DNA of 24,000 nt from Spongiibacter thalassae (lineage in GTDB: Bacteria > Pseudomonadota > Gammaproteobacteria > Pseudomonadales > Spongiibacteraceae). The notes under the pieces are model-generated. The model was given only the letters and a program-made list of their open reading frames with translations, made no database searches and had not been told where the DNA came from. The stretch lies in NCBI RefSeq assembly GCF_012272835.1, contig NZ_JAAWWK010000008.1:103500-127499 (forward strand). The letters run 5' to 3'. The position numbers and the translations under genes are program-made. Below, in pieces: positions 16,097-24,000 of the stretch. Numbering within the stretch: position 1 is the first letter of the stretch; each line of letters starts with the position of its first letter.

Positions 16097-16324
16097 ATGG
16101 CACGTTTTTTCCGTCGTCGTAAGTTTTGCCGCTTTACTGCGGAAGGTGTTAAGCAGATCGATTACAAAGATCTGGACACATTGAAAGCCTATGTTTCTGA
16201 AACTGGCAAAATTGTTCCCAGCCGCATCACAGGAACCAATGCCAAGTATCAGCGCCAGTTGTCTACCGCGATCAAACGCGCGCGTTTTCTGGCTTTGCTG
16301 CCGTACACCGACAGCCATAAATAA
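16097..16324 (+). CDS. rpsR: 30S ribosomal protein S18
   Basis: [75 protein letters not shown]. Confidence 0.98.
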   Translation: MARFFRRRKFCRFTAEGVKQIDYKDLDTLKAYVSETGKIVPSRITGTNAKYQRQLSTAIKRARFLALLPYTDSHK

Positions 16325-16344
16325 GTTGGGCTGTTAAACGACCC

Positions 16345-17187
16345 ATGCGCCCCCTCGCAGAGTTTGTAATGAAAGGGCGCTTCCAGGCCACGGCAGTCGC
16401 CGCGCTTGGAATCGCCACATTGATGTTTGCGTGGGTGGGTGCTGCGGCAGCCGCCCTGGTCACCCTGAGAAAGGGAACGACTGAAGGCATATATGTTGTT
16501 TTCTGGGCGCTGCTACCCGCAATTGCGGTAGCCAAATTCGCTCAGGATGTCGGTCCGCTGTGCATGTTGCTGGTTTCAGCTGGCGCGGCGATCGTCTTGC
16601 GAAATACTCGGTCCTGGCCCTTGGCACTGGTGTTTTCAGTGTTTGGGGGAATGTGCACAGCGCTGTTTCTGCAGCAATTTGCCCAGGACTACCTGGCGGC
16701 AATTCTGGCAACGGTGCAGCCTATGCTGGATCAGTTGCGCAGCCAGTCAGCGGGGCGCTTGCCCCAGATTCTGACCGGCGACATTGCCGCGGTGATCGGT
16801 AGTAGCACCGTGCTGTGGAGTGTGCTGGCGCTGATGTTGGCGCGGTGGTGGCAGTCGCTGCTCTATAATCCCGGTGGTTTTCGCACCGAGATGTGGAGCA
16901 TGCGCTTACCCGCTGTGGCCACGGTGGTGCTGGTTGCGGTCATGCTGTTGATTGGCCGCATGGGTGAGGAATTTCGCTTCTGGGGCGTAATGTGTTTACT
17001 GCCTTTTTTGGCGGCGGGACTGTCGCTGATACACGGGGTAGTAGGGCGTTTCGGCTTGGGTCGGGTGTGGTTGGTAGTGTTTTATATCGCGCTGTTGTTA
17101 TTGGGACCTCTGTGGGGGTTGTTGATACTGGCAGCGATTGTAGATAGTTGGATTGATATCAGACGGCGTTTGTCCAAAACCGCATAG
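16345..17187 (+). CDS. Multipass membrane protein, DUF2232-like
   Basis: Several hydrophobic segments, and location between rpsR and rplI as in Pseudomonas-type gene orders. Confidence 0.6.
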   Translation: MRPLAEFVMKGRFQATAVAALGIATLMFAWVGAAAAALVTLRKGTTEGIYVVFWALLPAIAVAKFAQDVGPLCMLLVSAGAAIVLRNTRSWPLALVFSVFGGMCTALFLQQFAQDYLAAILATVQPMLDQLRSQSAGRLPQILTGDIAAVIGSSTVLWSVLALMLARWWQSLLYNPGGFRTEMWSMRLPAVATVVLVAVMLLIGRMGEEFRFWGVMCLLPFLAAGLSLIHGVVGRFGLGRVWLVVFYIALLLLGPLWGLLILAAIVDSWIDIRRRLSKTA

Positions 17188-17221
17188 GGTGTTGTGCAGG
17201 CGCGCAGGAGAGGTGAGAACC

Positions 17222-17668
17222 ATGCAAGTGATTCTGCTTGAGAAAATCGGCAAGCTGGGTAATCTGGGCGATCAGGTTAATGTTAAGTCGGGCTACGGCC
17301 GCAACTTTCTGATCCCCTTTGGCAAGGCTGTGCCTGCCACTGGCGACAATGTTGCAGCGTTCGAAGCACGTCGCGCTGAGCTCGAAGCTGCTGCCGCTGA
17401 AAAGCGTGCCGAAGCTGATGCACGCGCAGCCAAACTGGCTGAGCTGGCGGTGACCATCGCTGCGAACGCGGGTGAAGGTGGCAAGCTGTTCGGTTCTATT
17501 GGCACGCGCGATATCGCTGATGCGATTTCAGCGGCCGGTGTTGAAGTGAACAAGAGCGAAGTGCGTATGCCTGAAGGTCCGATCCGTGACATCGGTAACT
17601 ACGAGATCGACATTCAGCTGCACAGCGACGTAGTACAAGCCGTCGCGTTGAGTGTAGTTGCTGAGTAA
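17222..17668 (+). CDS. rplI: 50S ribosomal protein L9
   Basis: Start [40 protein letters not shown] at 17222. Confidence 0.97.
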   Translation: MQVILLEKIGKLGNLGDQVNVKSGYGRNFLIPFGKAVPATGDNVAAFEARRAELEAAAAEKRAEADARAAKLAELAVTIAANAGEGGKLFGSIGTRDIADAISAAGVEVNKSEVRMPEGPIRDIGNYEIDIQLHSDVVQAVALSVVAE

Positions 17669-17766
17669 AAAGCTCAGCCAGCCAGACGTCAGGCAGCCTG
17701 AGCGGCCCGACGCCAGCTGAACGCAGAGGCGGGTGCGGACAGTGTGTTCGCGCTGGCCCCTGCTTG

Positions 17767-17808
17767 AAAAAGCGCGTGCGACCTTGCTGGTCGGCGCGCT
17801 TTTTTTTT
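17767..17808 (+). terminator. Rho-independent terminator after rplI
   Basis: AAAAAGCGCG...CGCGCTTTTTTTTT inverted repeat with T-tract. Confidence 0.8.
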
Positions 17809-17905
17809 GCCACAATGCCTGACTGCTGTCATTCCATTGCCGGTGTTCGGCAACGGGCTGATCCAACCATTCAGAGCTGCTGATAGTTCCGGTAAGAGTA
17901 TCCCT

Positions 17906-19315
17906 GTGCAAGCTGATTCCTATTCCGATACCCCGCCCCCCGATTTCGATATGGGTGAGCTGAGCGAGTTAAAGCGCCCTCCCTACTCTCTGGAAGCAGA
18001 GCAGTCGGTATTGGGTGGCCTGATGATTTCCGGCAACAGCTGGGACTCGGTGGCGGACCTGGTCAGCGAGGGTGATTTCTTCAAGCCCCAGCACCGTCGC
18101 ATCTACGCCTGCATGGAGCGCTTGGTGGAGCAGGAGCAGCCCATCGATGTGGTCACGCTGGCAGAAACCCTGGCGCGCAACGGTGAGCTGGATGAGGTGG
18201 GTGGCACGAGTTATCTGGCTGAGGTGGCCAATGCAACGCCCTCGGTCGCCAATATCCGCGCCTACGCTCAGGCGGTGCGCGAGCGCGCGACGTTCCGCGC
18301 CCTGATCGCGGCAGCAAACTCCATTGTTGATGCCAGCTTTAACCCGGAGGGGCGCAGCAGCGACGATGTGCTCGATGAGGCCGAGCGCCGCATCATGCAG
18401 ATCTCCGAAGAGCGGCCCAAGACCGGCGGTCTGGAGCCCATTAACCCCCTGTTGAAGCAGGCCGTTGAAAAGATCGACGAGCTGTTTAACAGCGATGAGG
18501 CCATCACCGGCCTCAGTACCGGTTTTGAAAAGCTCGACGAAATGACCTCGGGCCTGCAAAAGTCCGACTTGATTATCGTCGCCGCCCGTCCGTCGATGGG
18601 TAAAACCACCTTCGCGATGAATCTGGTGGAAAATGCCCTGTTGCGCTACGACCAGCCGATGCTGGTGTTCAGTATGGAGATGCCCGCGGCCCAGCTGATG
18701 ATGAGGATGCTGTCGTCGGTGGGCAAAATCGACCAGACCAGGGTTCGCAGCGGTCGCCTCGAAGAAGAGGATTGGCCCAAACTCAGCGCCGCTGTCAGCA
18801 AGTTGAAGGACCGGAAGCTGTTCATTGACGATACCCCGGCGCTGACGCCGACCGAGGTGCGTTCCCGGGCGCGCAAGGTGCTGCGGGAGCACGGCAGCAT
18901 CGGCATGATTATGCTGGATTACCTGCAGTTGATGCAGGTGGCCGGAAGCAGTGAGGGGCGTACCGCGGAGATCTCCGAAATTTCCCGCTCGTTGAAGGGA
19001 ATCGCCAAGGAGTTTGAGTGTCCGGTCATCGCTCTATCGCAGCTGAACCGCGCATTGGAGCAGCGTCCGAACAAGCGCCCGGTCAACTCGGATCTGCGGG
19101 AATCCGGGGCCATCGAGCAGGATGCCGATGTGATAATGTTCATCTACCGCGACGAGGTGTACAACGAAGAAAGCCAGGATAAGGGCGTTGCCGAAATTAT
19201 TATCGGCAAGCAGCGTAACGGTCCAATTGGTACTGCGCGCCTGAGCTTTATCGGCAAGTTTACCCGCTTTGAAAACCTGGCCTTCGGCAATTACGACGAA
19301 GATCCCGGCTATTGA
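17906..19315 (+). CDS. dnaB: Replicative DNA helicase DnaB
   Basis: PPYSLEAEQSVLGGLM, IIVAARPSMGKTTFAMNLVENA, IGMIMLDYLQLMQ. The start is uncertain: the track gives 17807, and GTG at 17906 (VQADSYSDTPPPD) seems more likely. Confidence 0.93.
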   Translation: MQADSYSDTPPPDFDMGELSELKRPPYSLEAEQSVLGGLMISGNSWDSVADLVSEGDFFKPQHRRIYACMERLVEQEQPIDVVTLAETLARNGELDEVGGTSYLAEVANATPSVANIRAYAQAVRERATFRALIAAANSIVDASFNPEGRSSDDVLDEAERRIMQISEERPKTGGLEPINPLLKQAVEKIDELFNSDEAITGLSTGFEKLDEMTSGLQKSDLIIVAARPSMGKTTFAMNLVENALLRYDQPMLVFSMEMPAAQLMMRMLSSVGKIDQTRVRSGRLEEEDWPKLSAAVSKLKDRKLFIDDTPALTPTEVRSRARKVLREHGSIGMIMLDYLQLMQVAGSSEGRTAEISEISRSLKGIAKEFECPVIALSQLNRALEQRPNKRPVNSDLRESGAIEQDADVIMFIYRDEVYNEESQDKGVAEIIIGKQRNGPIGTARLSFIGKFTRFENLAFGNYDEDPGY

Positions 19316-19324
19316 GCGCGGGCG

Positions 19325-20080
19325 CTATGCGCCGTCGCTCTCCTGGCTGGGGCGCGCTTCAACAAAACGGCCAAAGAATACCCCCACCTCGAACAGCAGC
19401 CACATAGGCACCGCTAACAGCAATTGCGAGATCACATCCGGTGGGGTGAGCAGCATGCCGAATATAAAGCAGCCGACGATAATGTAGGGGCGTTTCTCCC
19501 CGAGTGTTTTGCGGTCGATGACGCCAGCGCTGATCAGCAAAATGGTCGCGATAGGAATTTCAAAGGCGATGCCAAAGGCAAAGAATAGCTTTAGCGCGGT
19601 GTCGAGGAAGCGGGCGATATCCGGGGTGTAAGCGACACCCTCAGGGGTGATGCCGCTGAAAAAGCCGAATACCAGCGGAAACACAACATAATAGGCGAAG
19701 GCCAGTCCCAGATAAAACAACAGTACACTCGACACCAGCATGGGGGCAGCAATCCGCTTTTCGTGGCGGTACATGCCCGGCGAAATAAAGGCCCAGGCCT
19801 GGTGAAGAATCACGGGAATGGCCAGGCAGAAGGCGCTCATCAACACCAGCTTGAAAGGGGTGAGAAAGGTGGAGGCGACCTCAGTGGCAATCATGCTGCT
19901 GCCTTCCGGCAGGTAGCGACGCAGAGGCTCGGCAACGAAGGTATAAATCTCGGCAGAAAAGGGCATCAGGGCGATGGCACAGACCAGTATCGCCAGCACG
20001 ATACGCAGCAAGCGGTCGCGCAGCTCGGTCAGGTGTGCAACCAGCGGCTGGCCGGGGTCGTTGTGGGCATCTGTACTCAT
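19325..20080 (-). CDS. tatC: Sec-independent translocase TatC
   Basis: [17 protein letters not shown]...[13 protein letters not shown]...[15 protein letters not shown]. Confidence 0.96.
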   Translation of the reverse strand: MSTDAHNDPGQPLVAHLTELRDRLLRIVLAILVCAIALMPFSAEIYTFVAEPLRRYLPEGSSMIATEVASTFLTPFKLVLMSAFCLAIPVILHQAWAFISPGMYRHEKRIAAPMLVSSVLLFYLGLAFAYYVVFPLVFGFFSGITPEGVAYTPDIARFLDTALKLFFAFGIAFEIPIATILLISAGVIDRKTLGEKRPYIIVGCFIFGMLLTPPDVISQLLLAVPMWLLFEVGVFFGRFVEARPSQESDGA

Positions 20081-20454
20081 TCAGCTTCTTTCTTGTCTGT
20101 GGGTGCAGTGCGCAGGGTGTCGTTGGCGACCGCCGTATTGGGGTCTGTCCCCGATGCGGGGGCAATGCTGTTTTCGATGTTTTTCAGTTCATCGCCAGCG
20201 GAGTTCAGCGTGCTTTGCAGTTTGGCTTTGCTTTCGTTCAGCGAATCCAGCACCGCCTCGTTATGCAGTTGCCGACGGATTTCATCGGCGCCGACCTCGC
20301 GCTCGATTTCCTGACGCACGTTGTTAAAACTGCGGCGCAGACGACCGAGCCACAGGCTGGTGGTGCGAATAGCCGAGGGCAGACGTTCCGGCCCAAGCAC
20401 CAGTAACCCGAGCACAGCAATCACCAGCAGTTCGGCAAAACCGATGTCAAACAT
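20077..20454 (-). CDS. tatB: Sec-independent translocase TatB
   Basis: [54 protein letters not shown]. Confidence 0.95.
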   Translation of the reverse strand: MFDIGFAELLVIAVLGLLVLGPERLPSAIRTTSLWLGRLRRSFNNVRQEIEREVGADEIRRQLHNEAVLDSLNESKAKLQSTLNSAGDELKNIENSIAPASGTDPNTAVANDTLRTAPTDKKEAE

Positions 20455-20457
20455 AGT

Positions 20458-20694
20458 TTATTTTGACTCGTTTTTGGCGTCGCTTTTCGCTTGGGCGTTG
20501 GCGTCTTCGCCTTCGGTTTCTTTTTGTTCCAGGTTTTTGCTCTCGTCCTTGTCGCCGTCGAGGCTATCCTTGAAGCCCTTGACCGCGCCACCGAGGTCGC
20601 TGCCGATGTTTTTGAGCTTTTTGGTGCCGAACAACAACACCACAATTGCCAGAACAATAAGCAATTGCCAAATACTGATGCCACCGAATCCCAT
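20458..20694 (-). CDS. tatA: Sec-independent translocase TatA
   Basis: Start [42 protein letters not shown] at 20694. Confidence 0.94.
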   Translation of the reverse strand: MGFGGISIWQLLIVLAIVVLLFGTKKLKNIGSDLGGAVKGFKDSLDGDKDESKNLEQKETEGEDANAQAKSDAKNESK

Positions 20695-20704
20695 GGGATA
20701 TTCC

Positions 20705-21061
20705 TCAATTGTTTCCGTTGCTGCCGCGTTGGGCTTTTTCAATGTGACCCGACAGGCCGAAGCGTCGGGCGAGTTCGTTCAGCACAGCCTGATGATCGCC
20801 GCCAAGCTGCTGAAGCATAATCATGCTATGAAACCATAAATCGGCCGTTTCCCCTATCAGCTCGTCCAAATTTTCACTGTGCTGAGCGTCCTTGGCGGCG
20901 ATGATGGTTTCTGTCGCTTCTTCGCCGACCTTTTCCAGTATTTTGTTCAGGCCCTTGTGGTACAGGCTGGCCACATAGGAGCTGTCTGCGCTGGCGGACT
21001 TGCGTTCGGCCAATACGGCGTCGAGCTGCTGGAGTATGTGTGTGCCTGGGTTATTTTCCAT
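20705..21061 (-). CDS. hisE: Phosphoribosyl-ATP pyrophosphatase
   Basis: [31 protein letters not shown]...[16 protein letters not shown]. Confidence 0.92.
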   Translation of the reverse strand: MENNPGTHILQQLDAVLAERKSASADSSYVASLYHKGLNKILEKVGEEATETIIAAKDAQHSENLDELIGETADLWFHSMIMLQQLGGDHQAVLNELARRFGLSGHIEKAQRGSNGNN

Positions 21062-21449
21062 AAATGGTGTCCGGGTCTTTGATAACGTCTTCGCGGGCCT
21101 GCCATTGCGTGTCTTGCAGGCCCCGGTAGAAACAGCTTTGTCTGCCGGTGTGGCAGGCGATGTCGCCCAATTGTTCTACTTGCAGCAGCAAGGCGTCGCC
21201 GTCGCAGTCCAGTGCAATGTCGTGGAGTATCTGGGTGTGGCCGGAGCTTTCGCCTTTGCGCCAGATGGCCTGACGGGAGCGGGACCAGTATATCGCGCGT
21301 TGTTCCGTCACCGTCAACGAGAGGGCCTCGCGATTCATCCACGCCATCATCAGCACACGGCCACTGCGATGGTCCTGGGCGATGGCGGCGACAAGTCCGT
21401 CGCTGTTCCACTTTATCTGGTCTAGCCAGCTGTCGTTGCTCATAGTCAC
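21051..21449 (-). CDS. hisI: Phosphoribosyl-AMP cyclohydrolase
   Basis: [72 protein letters not shown]. Confidence 0.95.
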   Translation of the reverse strand: MTMSNDSWLDQIKWNSDGLVAAIAQDHRSGRVLMMAWMNREALSLTVTEQRAIYWSRSRQAIWRKGESSGHTQILHDIALDCDGDALLLQVEQLGDIACHTGRQSCFYRGLQDTQWQAREDVIKDPDTIYGK

Positions 21450-21480
21450 TACTGCTTGCTTGAAAGGCGCCTACTTTACC

Positions 21481-23112
21481 TCAGCGGGCGCGAATAAAAA
21501 AATAGATCGCCGCCAGTCCAAGCCCGATGCTGATCGGCGGCAGCTCATTCAGGCTTGCGCTGATGGCCGGGTCGGTGAACAGAGCGGCAGCGATCAGGGC
21601 GAGAATGGCAAGGCGCTGGTTGCGGCTGCGGCGCTCCCGCGCGCGGTTCTCGGCGTCAAAGCGAGCAAACAGCTCCCGAGTGGCCTCACTTTCCCCTCGC
21701 TGGGGGAGCTGCCCTCGCTCCAGCAGGCTCTCTGGCAGATGGGGGAGTTGCTCCAGCAGTCCGGGCAGGCGGTGGCTGACACGGCGCAGCATGGTTTGTG
21801 GCGAATAGCGGTCGCGAACCCATTGCTCAAGAAACGGCATTGCGGTGGACCACAGGTCGAGTTGCGGGTACAGCTGGCGGCCCAGACCCTCGATGTTCAG
21901 CAGGGTTTTTTGCAACAGCACCAGTGAGGGTTGAACCTCCATATCAAAGCGGCGCGCGGTCTGAAACAGGTAAAGCAGTAGTTGGCCGAAGGAAATATCC
22001 GCCAGGGGTTTTTCGAAAATGGGTTCGCTGACACTGCGAATTGCCGCTTCAAATTCGTGCACCTTGGTGTGGGCAGGCACCCAGCCGCACTCTACGTGCA
22101 GCTCTGCAACCTCACGGTAATTGCGTTGAAAAATGGCCAGCAGATTGCGCGCCAGATAGTACTGGTCGAAATCGCTCAAACTGCCAATAATCGCGCAGTC
22201 AATGGCGATATATTGCGGTGAAAGGGGGCGCTCCTCTGCGATAAAAATATTGCCCGGGTGCATGTCGGCGTGGAAGAAGCTGTCGCGAAACACCTGGGTG
22301 AAAAAGATCTCGACACCGCGCTCGGCGAGCTTTTTCATATCGGTGCCGTCCCGGCGCAGGCGTTCGACGTCAGTCACGGGAATGCCGTGTATGCGCTCCA
22401 TCACCAATACATTGCGGCGGGTGTAGTCCCAGTAGACCTCGGGGACGTAGAGAATGTCGGAATTGGCGAAATTGCGCCGCAGCTGTGAGGTGTTGGCCCC
22501 TTCCCGCTGCAGGTCCAGTTCGTCGTAAATGGTGTGCTGGTAGTCTTCCACCACTTCTACCGGGCGCAGCCGTCGGCCATCGGGCAGGTGGCGCTCCACC
22601 AATTCGGCAATTTTGGCCATCAGACGTACGTCGTCGCTGATGGTGCGCTCGATGCCGGGGCGCACCACCTTGACGACCACCTTGTCGCCGGATTTGAGTG
22701 TCGCGGTATGCACCTGGGCGATGGACGCCGAAGCCAGTGCCTGCCGGTCGAAGTTATCAAATATTTCATCCACCGGGCGGCCCAGGGCCTTTTCGATCTG
22801 GGCCACAGCCTGTTCGCTGGGAAAGGGGGGAACCCGGTCTTGCAGGTGGGCCAGTTCATCGGCAATGTCGTCGGGAAGGAGGTCGCGGCGAGTAGAGAGA
22901 ATTTGGCCGAACTTGATGAAGATGGGGCCTAGGGCCTCCAGTGCGAGGCGCAGTCGTTCGCCGCGGCTGATATCCGGCGCGGGAAACAATCGCCATGGGC
23001 CAAAGCGGAGGAATAATCGCACCTGCAGGGGAAGCCGTTCCTGGGGAATTAACAGGTCTACACGGTACCTGCAGACGATAATGAGAATGGCGAAAAGCCG
23101 TCTCAGGCCCAT
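21481..23112 (-). CDS. ubiB: Ubiquinone biosynthesis regulatory kinase-like protein UbiB
   Basis: [38 protein letters not shown]...[25 protein letters not shown]...[13 protein letters not shown]. Confidence 0.95.
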   Translation of the reverse strand: MGLRRLFAILIIVCRYRVDLLIPQERLPLQVRLFLRFGPWRLFPAPDISRGERLRLALEALGPIFIKFGQILSTRRDLLPDDIADELAHLQDRVPPFPSEQAVAQIEKALGRPVDEIFDNFDRQALASASIAQVHTATLKSGDKVVVKVVRPGIERTISDDVRLMAKIAELVERHLPDGRRLRPVEVVEDYQHTIYDELDLQREGANTSQLRRNFANSDILYVPEVYWDYTRRNVLVMERIHGIPVTDVERLRRDGTDMKKLAERGVEIFFTQVFRDSFFHADMHPGNIFIAEERPLSPQYIAIDCAIIGSLSDFDQYYLARNLLAIFQRNYREVAELHVECGWVPAHTKVHEFEAAIRSVSEPIFEKPLADISFGQLLLYLFQTARRFDMEVQPSLVLLQKTLLNIEGLGRQLYPQLDLWSTAMPFLEQWVRDRYSPQTMLRRVSHRLPGLLEQLPHLPESLLERGQLPQRGESEATRELFARFDAENRARERRSRNQRLAILALIAAALFTDPAISASLNELPPISIGLGLAAIYFFIRAR

Positions 23113-23121
23113 AGTCCTTCC

Positions 23122-23760
23122 TTAATTCTTATGATTTGCGGCTTTCAGTCGTTGCTGGAGGCGTCGAACGCGTGCCTCAAGACGTTCGCTCCGGCTGTTG
23201 AGTTCGTCGATGCTGGCGTAAAACGCCTCGGCCTGTAGCGGATGGGGAAACAGGCGGCTTTCTTCCAGTAAAAAGTCCTTCAATTGTCGCTGAAGCTGAC
23301 GGCCACTGCTCTTTGCCCAGCGCTGGCCGGCGCGCAGCCCATTGCCGATCTGGTGGGCGACAACGTCGCCGAAGGTGTCCGCCAGGGGCTGTTCCCAGTC
23401 CATTTCGAGCTCCGCGAGCAACTTGCGCAGCGCCAGCAAGGGCGCGGTGTCGCCCGCAATGTGAATGTCGCCGTTAATCAGCGCGGCTGCGGGGTCCTTG
23501 GCAGTGGCGACGGCGGCAAACTCCGTCCAGCGGCCGCGCAAACGGGTGCTGACCTTGTCGGGGGCGTGCAGCATCAAGCGGAGACGCTGGCCGTTTACTG
23601 CCATGGCGAGTGACAGGTCGGGTTCCTGCAAGTCCAGGGCAAAGCATTCGCCGTCGAGCTGCTGAAGTTTGGCGGCGGTGGTTGGGTCGAGGCGCAGGGC
23701 GCGATTGGCCGCGTCCTCCAGGCCTGACAGGGCCGCCGTGCTCAGCAGCGGGGAAATCAA
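23122..23760 (-). CDS. ubiJ: Ubiquinone biosynthesis accessory factor UbiJ (SCP2 domain)
   Basis: Position between ubiE and ubiB; SCP2-like N-terminal part and a C-terminal coiled coil ([17 protein letters not shown]). Confidence 0.83.
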   Translation of the reverse strand: MISPLLSTAALSGLEDAANRALRLDPTTAAKLQQLDGECFALDLQEPDLSLAMAVNGQRLRLMLHAPDKVSTRLRGRWTEFAAVATAKDPAAALINGDIHIAGDTAPLLALRKLLAELEMDWEQPLADTFGDVVAHQIGNGLRAGQRWAKSSGRQLQRQLKDFLLEESRLFPHPLQAEAFYASIDELNSRSERLEARVRRLQQRLKAANHKN

Positions 23761-24000
23761 GGCTTGATGCCCCGGTGCACGGCGACCACGCCCGCTGTCA
23801 TGTTGTGGTAGCGCACTTCGGCAAAGCCGGCTTCTTCCATCATTCCTTTCAGGGTTTCCTGATCGGGATGCATGCGGATGCTTTCCGCAAGGTAGCGGTA
23901 GCTCTCCTCGTCGTTGGCAACCAGCTTGCCCATTTTAGGCAGAATGTCGAAGGAGTAGCGGTCGTAGACCTTGCCGACGACCTCATTGGTGGGCTTGGAA
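23757..24000 (-). CDS. ubiE: Ubiquinone/menaquinone biosynthesis methyltransferase UbiE (5' part beyond window)
   Basis: The reverse strand ends ...[17 protein letters not shown], the typical UbiE C-terminus, adjacent to ubiJ-ubiB. Confidence 0.9.
   Translation of the reverse strand, partial: SKPTNEVVGKVYDRYSFDILPKMGKLVANDEESYRYLAESIRMHPDQETLKGMMEEAGFAEVRYHNMTAGVVAVHRGIKP

Noticed and set aside
17969-18906. 307-aa antisense ORF opposite dnaB
   Set aside because: Shadow ORF; the plus-strand DnaB motifs are unambiguous.
19325-24000. ubiE-ubiJ-ubiB-hisI-hisE-tatA-tatB-tatC order as an unusual operon
   Set aside because: This order is familiar from Pseudomonas-type gammaproteobacteria; ordinary.

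Overview
The window is a gammaproteobacterial chromosome segment. Two ordinary housekeeping blocks flank an accessory region at about 6.4-12.1 kb. Left block: cytochrome c 3' end, malic enzyme, LLM-class oxidoreductase, cold-shock protein, and a FabR/DesT-type regulator with a ferredoxin-like protein and a fatty-acid desaturase. Right block: tRNA-Leu(CAG), rnr, rlmB, rpsF-rpsR-DUF2232-like-rplI, dnaB, and a converging ubiE-ubiJ-ubiB-hisI-hisE-tatA-tatB-tatC series. The central region looks like an integron cassette array with no integrase gene in the window (CALIN-like). I read five attC-like sites at 6802-6870 (degenerate), 8912-8980, 9947-10004, 10333-10422 and 10712-10783, plus a terminal core site at 11609-11615. 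All cassettes are oriented leftward (minus strand). Reading from the right they carry: (D) a membrane-anchored protein with a PD-(D/E)XK-like motif; (C) a 75-aa two-helix membrane protein; (B) a small one-helix protein whose ATG lies in the core site; (A) a DUF559-like nuclease domain fused to an uncharacterised C-terminal region; (0) a translationally coupled pair of a DUF262 (ParB/Srx-like, DGKQR motif) protein and a HEPN-like protein (RHKAAH motif). The best candidates for a previously undescribed system are the DUF262-HEPN cassette and the clustering of nuclease-like cassettes. Other points of interest are a ferredoxin-reductase-like protein that seems to lack its NAD(P)-binding domain, and a duplicated palindromic operator-like repeat overlapping the desaturase promoter. 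Everything was read by eye, with no searches or folding run.
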